Translations under genes and position numbers: made by a program
The notes under the pieces: generated by a model
The model's database searches: none
Told to the model about the DNA's origin: nothing
Seen by the model: only the letters and a program-made list of their open reading frames with translations
From: Patescibacteria group bacterium
GTDB lineage: Bacteria; Patescibacteriota; Minisyncoccia; UBA6257; 02-FULL-45-10c
Assembly (NCBI GenBank): GCA_023474975.1
Contig: JAMCXE010000037.1
Span: 1 to 37,582, forward strand
DNA: 37,582 nt
Direction: 5' to 3'
Shown here: positions 25,841-35,624 of the stretch, in pieces
Layout of the letters: the number at the start of each line of letters is the position of its first letter
Position numbering within the stretch: the first letter of the stretch is position 1

Positions 25841-26752
25841 ATGAAGATAATAAAAAACAAGGACATCTCATGGATAGATATTTCCAAACCAACAAGAGAA
25901 GATATAGAATTCGTAGCCAAGCAACATAAGTTCCATCCGATAATTCTCGACGAACTCCTTCACACATCGACCAGATCCCGGGTAGAAGCCCATGATCAAT
26001 ATCTTTATCTCACCTATCACCTTCCGGTATATGATCCGGTAATGAAAACCTCCCGAAAGGCAGAGATAGATTTCCTGATAACAAAAAATAAAGTGATAAC
26101 AGTGCATTACGAAGAATTGGAACCGATCAATAATTTCTTAAGAAATGCAAGCAATAATCCTCATTTTAAAGAAACTTCAATGGATAATACCGGAAAGTTG
26201 GTGTATACGCTAATTGAAGAAATAATAAACTTTTCAATGAGACAGCTGCGCCATATCGAAGAAAATGTAACAGGATTAACCAAGGAGTTGTTCAGCGGTA
26301 AAGAAGATGCGATGCTTAGAAAAATATCTTATGTTAAACGCGATATTTTAGACTATACAATGATTAGCCGCCCCCAAGAAATTCTTTTAAACTCATTGGA
26401 AGTAGCCGGAAATAAGTTCTGGGGAGAGGATATGGATGCCTATCTTTCCGATCTTATCGGCGACCAGCTTAAGGTTATACAGCACCTGGAAAGCTATCAA
26501 GAAACGGTTGAATCCCTGGAAGAAACAAACTCTCAGTTATTAAACGCAAAGACAAATTCAGTCATGCAAAAATTTAACATCTTAGCCTTTTTAACAATAC
26601 CCGCCGTCATCGTAATACAGCTCTTTGCGGTAAATTCCTTCAGCGACTTATTTGGAGAAAAATCCTTAAAAGTGTTTTTACTAAGTCTTATAATAGTATT
26701 TGTCATAACCATAATTTCATTAATCATATTCAGAAAAAAAAGATGGTTGTAA
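25841..26752 (+). CDS. CorA-superfamily (2-TM-GxN) divalent cation transporter homologue with AVN in place of GMN.
   Basis: 303 aa with a cytoplasmic N-domain and two C-terminal TM segments. The tail aligns without gaps to my recalled T. maritima CorA sequence: IPAVIVIQLFAVNSF against MPLTFIAGIYGMNF, and RKKRWL against KKKKWL. Confidence 0.7.
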   Translation: MKIIKNKDISWIDISKPTREDIEFVAKQHKFHPIILDELLHTSTRSRVEAHDQYLYLTYHLPVYDPVMKTSRKAEIDFLITKNKVITVHYEELEPINNFLRNASNNPHFKETSMDNTGKLVYTLIEEIINFSMRQLRHIEENVTGLTKELFSGKEDAMLRKISYVKRDILDYTMISRPQEILLNSLEVAGNKFWGEDMDAYLSDLIGDQLKVIQHLESYQETVESLEETNSQLLNAKTNSVMQKFNILAFLTIPAVIVIQLFAVNSFSDLFGEKSLKVFLLSLIIVFVITIISLIIFRKKRWL

Positions 26753-26756
26753 AAGA

Positions 26757-28199
26757 ATGATCAGGATATACGATTCCCTTTCGGGAGAAAAAAAAGACCT
26801 TCCAATAAGCCGTCCGTTAAAACTATTCGTTTGCGGACCGACGGTCTATGATTATCCGCACCTAGGCCATGCCAAAACCTATGTTTCTTTTGATACGCTC
26901 GTTCGCTATCTAAAGTCTCAAAATATAGACGTTTATTATCTCCAAAATATTACGGATGTTGATGATAAGATAATCAATTATGCCAAGGAGCAAAAAATAT
27001 CTCCGATCCAACTGGCTAAAAAATTCGAGAAAGAATACCACCGAGCCGAAAAAGATCTCCATATCAAAGGAATAAAATACGCCAGAGCCACCCAGCATAT
27101 CCCTCAAATAATAAAACAAATAAACACCCTCATTGAAAAAGGCAATGCCTACAAAATAGATGGCGATGGATACTACTTCGATATTTCCAGCTTCCCCGAT
27201 TACGGTAAATTATCCAAAAGAACCGCTCTTCAGGCAGAAGATGCTACTTCCAGGATCGATGAAAATATTAAAAAAAGAAACAAGGGTGATTTTGCCTTAT
27301 GGAAATTAGCAAACAACAAAAACATCCCCGAGCCAAAATTATCTTCATCTAAAACAAAAAAGATAGCCTTTAAAATAGTGGACGGGGAACCGGTTTGGTA
27401 TACCCCATTCGGCTGGGGACGTCCAGGATGGCACATTGAAGATACCGCAATTACCGAACACTATTTCGGTCCACAGTACGATATTCATGGCGGCGGCGTT
27501 GATTTAAAATTTCCACATCACGAAGCCGAAATAGCCCAGCAGGAATCAGCTTCAGGCAAGAAACCACTCGTTAAAATATGGATGCATACCGGATTTCTTT
27601 TGGTTAACGGCAAAAAAATGTCCAAATCGCTGAAAAATTTCGTGACTATAAACGACTTTATGAAAAAATACTCTCCAGAAACTCTGCGCCTTATGATAAA
27701 TTTCAATCACTACCGCTCACCATTTAATTACACAGAAGAGTCAGCCGAGCAGGCAAATAATGCCCTGAAAAGATTGCAAAAAATAATCGCCGCCCTTTCA
27801 CTTGCCAAATCAAAAGGTAATATCAGTGCAGAAATAAAAACCGCCATGGAAAAAGCGGAGAATAATTTCGAAGAAGCAATGAATGACGATTTTAACGCCC
27901 CAAAAGCCATAGCTTCCATTTTTGAGCTGATAAATTCAGTTGAAAATAAGATCTGGAAAATAAGCAAAAAAGAAGCTGCTACTATAAAAAAATTCATAAG
28001 CGAAAAAATGAAAATATTCCTCGGAATCGTACCAATGCCCGCAAAAATGCCCCAAAATATAGTAAAAATGGCCGAGGAACGCGAGTTATACAGAAAAAAT
28101 AAACAGTTTATTCAATCCGACCTATTGAGAAAAAAAATAGAAGAGTTAGGATATATTATAGAAGACACGCCAAACGGGCCGCTGATCACAAAAAAATAA
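26757..28199 (+). CDS. cysS: Cysteine--tRNA ligase.
   Basis: HIGH-type motif PHLGHAKTY, GWGRPGWHIEDTA, and KMSKS. Confidence 0.95.
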   Translation: MIRIYDSLSGEKKDLPISRPLKLFVCGPTVYDYPHLGHAKTYVSFDTLVRYLKSQNIDVYYLQNITDVDDKIINYAKEQKISPIQLAKKFEKEYHRAEKDLHIKGIKYARATQHIPQIIKQINTLIEKGNAYKIDGDGYYFDISSFPDYGKLSKRTALQAEDATSRIDENIKKRNKGDFALWKLANNKNIPEPKLSSSKTKKIAFKIVDGEPVWYTPFGWGRPGWHIEDTAITEHYFGPQYDIHGGGVDLKFPHHEAEIAQQESASGKKPLVKIWMHTGFLLVNGKKMSKSLKNFVTINDFMKKYSPETLRLMINFNHYRSPFNYTEESAEQANNALKRLQKIIAALSLAKSKGNISAEIKTAMEKAENNFEEAMNDDFNAPKAIASIFELINSVENKIWKISKKEAATIKKFISEKMKIFLGIVPMPAKMPQNIVKMAEERELYRKNKQFIQSDLLRKKIEELGYIIEDTPNGPLITKK

Positions 28200-28227
28200 C
28201 AGAGTCCAATCTCCGATATCAAAAAAA

Positions 28228-29574
28228 ATGCCTACAAAAAAATTAAAATTGCCGCCGCAGAACATCGAAGCGGAAGAATCTGTATTGGGAGCTTTAATGA
28301 TAGATAAGAATGCCATAATAAATGTGGCGGACATTTTAGCACCAGAAGATTTCTATAAACCCGCCCACGAAAAGATCTATGACGCTATTTTGGAACTATA
28401 TAGGAAAACCCAACCGATCGATATATTCACCGTCACCAATAAACTGAAAGATTCGGGAATATTAAAAGACTTAGGCGGCAGCGCTTATCTAACTAAATTG
28501 ATAGAATCGGTTCCCACCGCTGCGCATGTCAGCCACTATGCCCAAATAGTTAAAGAAAAAAAAGTTCTTCGTGACCTTATCCGCGCATCCGGAGATATAT
28601 CCGAAAAAGCTTTTGGAAGCGGAGAAGATCTGGGAGAAATGCTAGATGAGGTTGAAAAAAGGATATTTTCTATTTCTCAAAAATCTATTCCTCAAAAATT
28701 TACCAGCATCAGTGAGGGATTAAAAGGCGCCGCTGAAAGAATCGAAAGGCTTGGAAGTGAAGACGGCGGATTAAGGGGCATACCGACGGGATTTCAGGAT
28801 TTAGACAATATGCTTTCCGGATTCCAACGATCAGACTTGGTCATTTTAGGAGCCAGACCCTCACTGGGAAAAACTTCTCTGGCACTCGACATAGTAAGAC
28901 ACGTAGCGGTGAATGCTAAGCAGCCCGTCGGAATTTTCTCCTTGGAAATGTCTAAGGAGCAAGTCGTAGATAGACTTATATCGGCTCAAGCTGGCGTACC
29001 CCTATGGGGATTAAGGACTGGAAGATTGGAAGAAGGAGAAAAAGAGACGCTTTCCGGAGCGCTTGATACCCTATCAAGAACACCAATATTCATAGACGAT
29101 ACGCCCTCTCCAAATATTCTTCAAATGAGATCAATGGCTCGAAGACTACAAGCCGAATTTGGACTTAGTTTGCTGATTATCGACTATCTGCAACTTATTC
29201 AGCCGCGAACAAGCTCCGATAACGTTGTCCAGCAAATAACCGAAATATCAAGAGGCCTTAAGGGGCTAGCTAGAGAATTGAACGTGCCAGTCCTGGCGCT
29301 ATCCCAGCTCTCAAGAGCTGTAGATCAAAGAGAGAATAAAAGACCCCGTTTATCGGATCTCAGAGAAAGCGGTTCCATTGAACAAGACGCAGACGTGGTT
29401 ATGTTCATTTATAGAAAAGACCGCGACAAATCAAATCCCTCTCCGGAAGAAATAGGACATGCCGAAATAATAGTCGCCAAACACAGGAATGGACCAACCG
29501 GAACGATCAATTTGATGTTCGACCAAGAAAAAGCCAGTTTTGTGAGCATAGATAAATATCATTCAGAAAATTAA
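28228..29574 (+). CDS. dnaB: Replicative DNA helicase DnaB.
   Basis: N-terminus PPQNIEAEESVLGALM. Walker A GARPSLGKTS. Also LIIDYLQL, SQLSRAVDQR and IVAKHRNGPTG. No intein is present. Confidence 0.95.
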   Translation: MPTKKLKLPPQNIEAEESVLGALMIDKNAIINVADILAPEDFYKPAHEKIYDAILELYRKTQPIDIFTVTNKLKDSGILKDLGGSAYLTKLIESVPTAAHVSHYAQIVKEKKVLRDLIRASGDISEKAFGSGEDLGEMLDEVEKRIFSISQKSIPQKFTSISEGLKGAAERIERLGSEDGGLRGIPTGFQDLDNMLSGFQRSDLVILGARPSLGKTSLALDIVRHVAVNAKQPVGIFSLEMSKEQVVDRLISAQAGVPLWGLRTGRLEEGEKETLSGALDTLSRTPIFIDDTPSPNILQMRSMARRLQAEFGLSLLIIDYLQLIQPRTSSDNVVQQITEISRGLKGLARELNVPVLALSQLSRAVDQRENKRPRLSDLRESGSIEQDADVVMFIYRKDRDKSNPSPEEIGHAEIIVAKHRNGPTGTINLMFDQEKASFVSIDKYHSEN

Positions 29575-29580
29575 AATTTA

Positions 29581-30192
29581 ATGAATCTTCCCGACCCGAT
29601 CAAAAACTTCATTCACTATTTTTCGAAATTACCGTCCATCGGCCCACGTCAGGCAACCAGACTGTCTTTTTATCTGATAAATTCCGGCAAAAGCGAAATA
29701 GATGGGATAAAGAAGTCTCTCGAAGAATTGGAAAAAATGAGCGTATGCGAGAAGTGTTTTTTTGTTTTCCTTCCAAAAAATGGATCCGAAAAGATATGCG
29801 AAATATGCGCTAGCGATAAAAGGGATCACGGGTTGATTGCGGTCATAGAAAAAGAAACCGACCTGATTTCTTTGGAAAACACCAATAAATTCAACGGAGT
29901 GTACTTTATCATCGGCAACCTTCAAAAAAACGGAACATTGGGAATGGAACAAAAAACTAGGCTCTCGAAATTAAAAAATACAATTGAAACGGAATTGGAC
30001 GGAAAAGCAAATGAAATCATACTAGCCATCAACCCCACAACTTACGGCGATTTCAATGCGGCGGTGTTGGCAAAAGAACTGAAAAGTCATGCAAAAAAGA
30101 TCACTCGCCTCGGCAGAGGTATTCCAACCGGCGGTGAAATAGAATTTGCAGATGAAGAAACACTAGGTAATGCGATAGAGCGCAGAATATAG
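29581..30192 (+). CDS. recR: Recombination protein RecR.
   Basis: LPSIGPRQATRLSFYL helix-hairpin-helix, the Cys4 finger CEKC...CEIC, and the Toprim region. Confidence 0.93.
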   Translation: MNLPDPIKNFIHYFSKLPSIGPRQATRLSFYLINSGKSEIDGIKKSLEELEKMSVCEKCFFVFLPKNGSEKICEICASDKRDHGLIAVIEKETDLISLENTNKFNGVYFIIGNLQKNGTLGMEQKTRLSKLKNTIETELDGKANEIILAINPTTYGDFNAAVLAKELKSHAKKITRLGRGIPTGGEIEFADEETLGNAIERRI

Positions 30193-30244
30193 AGCAAAAA
30201 TCCCCAGGTCTGTGACCCAACGATTCGCTTGCTGGATGGCATAT

Positions 30245-30286
30245 AAAAATACCTCCTACTCTGTTTGGATGGTGGGAGGTATTTTT
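30245..30286. terminator. Bidirectional intrinsic terminator between the convergent recR and rplU genes.
   Basis: aaaaatacctcc-(18 nt)-ggaggtattttt, a 12-bp perfect stem with A/T runs on both sides. Confidence 0.8.
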
Positions 30287-30287
30287 A

Positions 30288-30599
30288 TTACTTAATGCCG
30301 GTAATCTCTACCTCGGTCATCTCTTGCCTATGACCTTTTTTCTTTCTGCGCCGCACCTTAGAATGATATTTGAAAACAATTTTTTTCTTATCTCTGTAAT
30401 TTTCTAATAACTTTCCGGTAACTTTAGCATCCTTCAAGTATGGATCCCCGACTTCTACCTTTTCTCCGTCAGCAACCAGAAGAATTTTATCAAAAACCAC
30501 ATCAGAACCGTTTTCTAGTCCCAATTTTTCAATATCGATCCTATCTCCAACCGCAACTTTATATTGTTTTCCGCCTGTTTCTATAACTGCAATTTTCAT
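30288..30599 (-). CDS. rplU: 50S ribosomal protein L21.
   Basis: MKIAVIETGGKQYKV...KKKIVFKYHSKVRRRKKKGHRQ. Confidence 0.95.
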   Translation of the reverse strand: MKIAVIETGGKQYKVAVGDRIDIEKLGLENGSDVVFDKILLVADGEKVEVGDPYLKDAKVTGKLLENYRDKKKIVFKYHSKVRRRKKKGHRQEMTEVEITGIK

Positions 30600-30600
30600 A

Positions 30601-30700
30601 TGAATATAATACTAATTTACAAATTTATGCGAATGCTACAAATAATTTTTCGACTTTATCTATTCGTGTGGGCGCATTCGTAGTGCGCTTTTCGCGTGCT
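30601..30700 (-). repeat. Intergenic repeat module, copy 3 (diverged), ending 1 nt before the rplU ATG.
   Basis: The minus strand reads ...ctacgaatgcgcccacacgaatag...tttgtagcattcgcataaatttgtaaattagtattatattcatATG. It shares CATTCGCAT and AATTTGTARATTAGYATTATAT with copies 1 and 2. Confidence 0.7.
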
Positions 30701-31045
30701 TTAATTTATAGAAATAATAACAAAAACCCCGATTAAAATCAATAAGGAGAAAAGAGCGCTACTAAAAGACAAAAAATAAGCCAAAAATCTTTCTTTGTAG
30801 TAAAGCTTTTTAGCTAATAAAAAATTTATAATAATAACGGCAAATGGAAATACGGTAATATTAAAAACATCGTTCTTGTCGCCTAAATAATCGATCCCTT
30901 TGTAGCTATTGAAGTGAAGTATCAGTAAATTAGTTATTTTGGATAAGCCAAACCAAGCCGATATCAGGGCAATAAAAGCCGCCGCGATTCCGACTAAAAA
31001 AGGGTACATCAAAAAATTGTCTTTTTTTAATTCGGATAATCTCAT
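30701..31045 (-). CDS. Small membrane protein of unknown function with three to four TM segments.
   Basis: 114-aa hydrophobic ORF. Its ATG overlaps the tgt stop in an ATGA overlap at 31042-31045. Confidence 0.55.
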   Translation of the reverse strand: MRLSELKKDNFLMYPFLVGIAAAFIALISAWFGLSKITNLLILHFNSYKGIDYLGDKNDVFNITVFPFAVIIINFLLAKKLYYKERFLAYFLSFSSALFSLLILIGVFVIISIN

Positions 31046-32178
31046 AATTTACCATTAAGTATATCTTTCCTTATCCCCCTCATCAAATGCTCCATAAAGT
31101 AAATATTATGAATGCTCGTTAAAATTCCGGCTAACATTTCCCCGCTCTGGAACAAATGCCGAATATAGCCGCGTGTAAAATTGGAGCAAGTATAACAGCC
31201 ACAGCCGTTTTCAATTGGTTTCTTATCTAAAACTAACTTAGCAGATCTCAAATTAATATTTCCTTTTTTGGTCAAAGCCGTTCCGTTCCTGCCCAGCCTT
31301 GTAGGGGTCACGCAATCAAATGTGTCTATTCCCCTTTTTACCGCCTCAAAAATATCCTCAACTGAACCAATCCCCAGTAAATGCTTAGGCTTATTCTCGG
31401 GTAAGCCTTCGATCGCCCAATCCAATTCGTTCTTTTTACCTTTTTTAAATTTACCGAACGCTCCACCTATGCCAAAACCGTCAAAATCCAACTTTCCTAT
31501 AAATTCAGAACTTTTTAAACGCAAGTCTTTAAATTCACCGCCCTGAACGATGCCAAAAAGCATCTGATCTTTTCTTTTATGAGCATTTAAAGACCTCTTG
31601 GCCCAACGATGAGTTCTTTCCATAGCCTCCTCTGTGTATTCATGATCGGAAAAGGGAGATGTGCATTCATCGAAAGCAAAAATAATATCCGCTCCCAGAT
31701 TTTCCTGTATCCGTATTGATTCTTCTGGACCGATAAAATGCCTTGAACCATCCAAAAACGATCTAAAATAAACGCCCTCTTCAGCAATTCTTGTAAATTT
31801 CTCAACCCCGGCATTCCTCTTCTTCCTAGCCTCGAGGTCTGGACCAACTATCTTTGAAGCTCCATGCTCCAATCCCAAGCCAAGACTAAAAACTTGAAAT
31901 CCACCACTATCAGTTATTATCGGTTTCGGCCAATTCATAAATTTATGTAATCCCCCAAACTTCTTTATTACTTGATCGCCGGGCCTAAGGAATAAGTGAT
32001 ACGTATTAGACAAAACGGCTTCTACGCCAATCTCATTGAGTTGGGCGGGAGTAATGCCTTTTACCGTAGCTTTCGTACCAACAGGAAAAAATGCGGGGGT
32101 ATGTATGGGCCCGTGCAATGTCTCGATAACTCCAGCTCGCGCCCGACTCTTCTTTGATCTTTTTAATATCTTAAACAT
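31042..32178 (-). CDS. tgt: Queuine tRNA-ribosyltransferase.
   Basis: TPAFFPVGT, DSGGFQ, LFGIVQGG and the zinc site CGCYTC...H. Confidence 0.95.
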   Translation of the reverse strand: MFKILKRSKKSRARAGVIETLHGPIHTPAFFPVGTKATVKGITPAQLNEIGVEAVLSNTYHLFLRPGDQVIKKFGGLHKFMNWPKPIITDSGGFQVFSLGLGLEHGASKIVGPDLEARKKRNAGVEKFTRIAEEGVYFRSFLDGSRHFIGPEESIRIQENLGADIIFAFDECTSPFSDHEYTEEAMERTHRWAKRSLNAHKRKDQMLFGIVQGGEFKDLRLKSSEFIGKLDFDGFGIGGAFGKFKKGKKNELDWAIEGLPENKPKHLLGIGSVEDIFEAVKRGIDTFDCVTPTRLGRNGTALTKKGNINLRSAKLVLDKKPIENGCGCYTCSNFTRGYIRHLFQSGEMLAGILTSIHNIYFMEHLMRGIRKDILNGKL

Positions 32179-32183
32179 AAAAG

Positions 32184-32254
32184 TAGTCCCAACGGGAGTC
32201 GAACCCGTGTTTTATCCGTGAGAGGGATATGTCCTGCCACTAGACGATGGGACC
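32184..32254 (-). tRNA. tRNA-Glu (anticodon CUC), 71 nt, with no encoded CCA.
   Basis: Hand-folded cloverleaf: GGTCCCA TC GTCT AGTGGCA GGAC A TATCC CTCTCAC GGATA AAAC ACGGG TTCGACT CCCGT TGGGACT A. There is a G1-U72 wobble. The D-arm GTCTAG..GGAC is typical of tRNA-Glu. Its 3' end lies 5 nt upstream of the tgt ATG. Confidence 0.88.
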
Positions 32255-32280
32255 GAATAATTAACTGACTAAAAGCTATT

Positions 32281-33546
32281 TTATACTACTTTTATCTCTT
32301 CCACAACTTTTTCAAGCTGCATTGCATGGGATCCCTTCACAAGGATTATGTCGCCCTTTTTAATTATCTCGCGAACCCTCATCCGCGCATCATTCGCTGA
32401 TTCAAAACTTAAGATGTTCTTCGCTTCCATTCCCTTTTTATACGCGGCATCGGCAATAAATTTAGATCTTGGCCCAACGGTTATTAAAATATCAAACACT
32501 TCGCTAGCCAATCTGCCAATTTCCTCATGAGCCGCAATAGTATATTTTCCAATCTCCAGCATATCACCAAGAACAGCCACCTTTCTTTTCCCGCTCAATG
32601 CAGATCCGCCCCTGGCAGACAGTTTTATTGAGCTGACTAATTCAATGGCGGATTTCATAGACATCGGAGACGCATTATATGCATCATCTATTACGAAAGA
32701 GCCTTTAATACCCGGGATTATCGTGGTTCTTTGAAGCGGCGGCTTATAAGATCGCAAAGCATCGGAAATTTTAACCAGATTCATTCCAAAGGCAAAACCA
32801 ACCGCGGCCGCTGCGGCAGCCGCATATGCCTGCGGCTTACCCAAACACCCGTCAATTTTTACAGGCACAAATGATCCGCTGTAATTTAATTTAAAAGAAA
32901 TTCCCTCCGGCCTTCCGTTCTCTATCCTATTTTCGAAATTAGTTATTTGTATCGAAGCATCCGGACCAAACCCATAACCCATAATATGCGCCTTGGTTCT
33001 ATTTTTCATTTCTGCGACATATTTATCGTCAAAATTCAAAACCGCAAAACCGGTATTTGGTAAAACTTCCAATATTTTAGATTTTTCACGAGCGACAGCC
33101 TCCGGACCGCTGTAAAACTCAACGTGTGCGGGTATATCACCGACTCCGGTCACTACGCCTATTTGAGGCCTCGCCACATCAAGTAAGTTTTTAATATCGC
33201 CCGGCTTGTCTGCGGCATATTCTAAAATTAAAATTTCTGGATATTGCAATCTAAACACTAAACCCATGATCGATCTAAAAATGACTTTTATCCAAAATAA
33301 TTTTCCGGAAATTTTATCATAATCTCCCAATATCGTAAGAGGTAAACCTAATTCATTATTAAAATTACCATAGTTTGCTCTAACAGATCTGGAATTATTC
33401 AAGATCGAAAATATGGCTTCCTTGGCAGAAGTTTTACCAACACTGCCGGTAATTGCAATCACTCCGGGTTGATATTTTTTTAAAGTTAAAACCGCTAATT
33501 TTCTTATTATTTTTTCTAACCTGGCACGTAATTGTTTTTTATTCAC
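32281..33546 (-). CDS. murF: UDP-N-acetylmuramoyl-tripeptide--D-alanyl-D-alanine ligase.
   Basis: ITGSVGKTSAKE, GNFNNELGLPLTIL and DDAYNASPMSM. Confidence 0.9.
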   Translation of the reverse strand: MNKKQLRARLEKIIRKLAVLTLKKYQPGVIAITGSVGKTSAKEAIFSILNNSRSVRANYGNFNNELGLPLTILGDYDKISGKLFWIKVIFRSIMGLVFRLQYPEILILEYAADKPGDIKNLLDVARPQIGVVTGVGDIPAHVEFYSGPEAVAREKSKILEVLPNTGFAVLNFDDKYVAEMKNRTKAHIMGYGFGPDASIQITNFENRIENGRPEGISFKLNYSGSFVPVKIDGCLGKPQAYAAAAAAAVGFAFGMNLVKISDALRSYKPPLQRTTIIPGIKGSFVIDDAYNASPMSMKSAIELVSSIKLSARGGSALSGKRKVAVLGDMLEIGKYTIAAHEEIGRLASEVFDILITVGPRSKFIADAAYKKGMEAKNILSFESANDARMRVREIIKKGDIILVKGSHAMQLEKVVEEIKVV

Positions 33547-33557
33547 GACGGTGTTTT

Positions 33558-35213
33558 TTATTTACTTATATAATCCGGCGGCACATTGTAATAGTTAAGC
33601 AAAAAATCGGCCAAATCTTTGAATGCGGGTACAACAGTGGCTCCGGCCAATAACCCTCCTGCAGCTTTATCTAACCTCAACAATATAACAAACTTGGGAT
33701 TATATGCCGGCGCAAATCCTATATATGTATCTATAAATTGGTTATATAAATATCCACCCTTGGTCGGAATCTGAGCCGTGCCGGTTTTTCCAGCAACATA
33801 ATATCCCGGTATGTGAGCAAGCACATTCACATCGACGGCGGAAACCATCATCTTGGCCGCTTGCATGGCCGCATCCTTGGAAACAACTTGTCTTATTAAT
33901 TGCGGCTTATCGTCGGCAAGAATTATTGGCCTCATTAGCCTTCCCCCGTTTGCAATAGCCGAAAAAGCATTGATCATGGCTATTGGAGTCACCGCTATAC
34001 CTTGACCGAATGAAGCGGTCGCAAAATCTACAGCAGCAGAACTTGTTTTAAGCTTACTTATATTGCTCGAAACCTCTCCGGGCAATTTAATGCCCGTTAC
34101 ATCATTAAAACCAAACTTTATCAGATAATTATAAAAAAGATCCCTGCCTATAAGTTGCTCTGCAAAAGCAGCGCCGGTGTTAAGAGAATTCTCAATGACT
34201 CCGGTCATAGTGGTAAGCCCGTGCGCCCCCCTTTCTGTAGCATCCCAATTACTTATTTTATATCCGTCTACTTTAATAAAACCTTTATCTATATATGTGG
34301 TATCGGGGGTGAGCTTGCCGGCATCTAAGCCCGCCGCCATAGTAAGAACCTTAAAAACCGAACCGGGCTCATAAAGACTCTGAACCACTGGATTAATAAA
34401 ATTCTGAATAGGAGAACTAGAAAAATTATTCGGATCGAAGTTCGGAGAACTTCCCATAGCAATTATCCTTCCGGTTTTAGGCTCTTGTACTATAACCGTT
34501 CCCCCCTCTCCCTTAAATTTAGAAATAAGGCTATTTAGGATCGCCTCCGCTCTTTCCTGAACCGTAGGATCGATAGTTAAAACGATATCCTTTCCGTCCT
34601 GAGCATTGACTATTTTATCGCCCTTCAATTCCCCATCTTTTCCAGATAGTATTTTATCAAAATAAGATTCTAGCCCATACTTCCCAGAAACTGCGTCGCT
34701 GTCCGAACTCCTAGATACAAATCCCAGAAGCTGTGAAGCTATATTATTAAAAGGATAGTATCTCAGATCCTCGCTGCCAATATATATACCAGAAATATCT
34801 TCGCTTCTTATAGCATCTGCCTGACTTTTTTCAGCTTTTTTTAAAATAGCATAATAAAGACTTGCTTTATTGGAAAAGGCCTTAACCAACTTCGCCTTAT
34901 CCAGATTAAGTATGCCGGAAACTTTATCCGCTGCTTGATCAATAGCGACTTCGCCACCTGCGGATATTTCTTTCGGCACCGCATAAATAACATAGTATTT
35001 TTTATTTATTGCGGCCGGAAAAAGATTTCCATCTTTGTCCATAAAATAGATATCACCCCTTACCGCCGACAAAAGTCCGGAAAGTTGATTCTGCGCAGCA
35101 GCCCGAGCAGAATAATAAGATCCTTTCGCTATCTGAAGATTATACACATTAGAAATAAGCGCCAAATATAAAAAAGCGAAAAATATTGAAATAAAAAAAA
35201 TTCGTTTTTTCAT
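33558..35213 (-). CDS. ftsI: Class B penicillin-binding protein (FtsI/PBP2-type transpeptidase).
   Basis: N-terminal TM. SxxK motif in PGSVFK, SxN motif in NSLNTG, and KTGTA. Confidence 0.9.
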   Translation of the reverse strand: MKKRIFFISIFFAFLYLALISNVYNLQIAKGSYYSARAAAQNQLSGLLSAVRGDIYFMDKDGNLFPAAINKKYYVIYAVPKEISAGGEVAIDQAADKVSGILNLDKAKLVKAFSNKASLYYAILKKAEKSQADAIRSEDISGIYIGSEDLRYYPFNNIASQLLGFVSRSSDSDAVSGKYGLESYFDKILSGKDGELKGDKIVNAQDGKDIVLTIDPTVQERAEAILNSLISKFKGEGGTVIVQEPKTGRIIAMGSSPNFDPNNFSSSPIQNFINPVVQSLYEPGSVFKVLTMAAGLDAGKLTPDTTYIDKGFIKVDGYKISNWDATERGAHGLTTMTGVIENSLNTGAAFAEQLIGRDLFYNYLIKFGFNDVTGIKLPGEVSSNISKLKTSSAAVDFATASFGQGIAVTPIAMINAFSAIANGGRLMRPIILADDKPQLIRQVVSKDAAMQAAKMMVSAVDVNVLAHIPGYYVAGKTGTAQIPTKGGYLYNQFIDTYIGFAPAYNPKFVILLRLDKAAGGLLAGATVVPAFKDLADFLLNYYNVPPDYISK

Positions 35214-35290
35214 ATTTGTCGATATCTCTTATTTCCAAGCTTTTAATTTACCGCTAAAATACCCGTCGTTGTTTCTATATATCCAGGCAT

Positions 35291-35554
35291 TCAATCCTTA
35301 ACCAAATTTTCACTCTTAGCGATCGCATCCAAATTACCAAGATCGGTCACTGCATAGAGCCGACTTTTCAATTCAGCGTTATTAACTTGAAGACTTTGCA
35401 ATATTTTAGAATTGGCGGATATTGAATGCCTGAGATCTACCCCTTCATTATAAAAATATATATTCAAACAAGCCAGTGCGGCTAGTGCGAATAGCATGTA
35501 TAAAACAATTGGATTATATGAATACTTTGCTTTGTGTGGTTCTATAATTGTCAT
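35291..35554 (-). CDS. ftsL: FtsL/DivIC-like single-pass cell-division protein, called from position and architecture.
   Basis: 87 aa. TM segment IVLYMLFALAALACLNIYFY followed by a coiled coil. It sits between rsmH and ftsI. Confidence 0.55.
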   Translation of the reverse strand: MTIIEPHKAKYSYNPIVLYMLFALAALACLNIYFYNEGVDLRHSISANSKILQSLQVNNAELKSRLYAVTDLGNLDAIAKSENLVKD

Positions 35555-35624
35555 ATAAGTGGTGGACTAGCCAATGATATTTGGATACTAGAGTTTTTAT
35601 GATTTTCTAGTTACTAGTCGCTAA

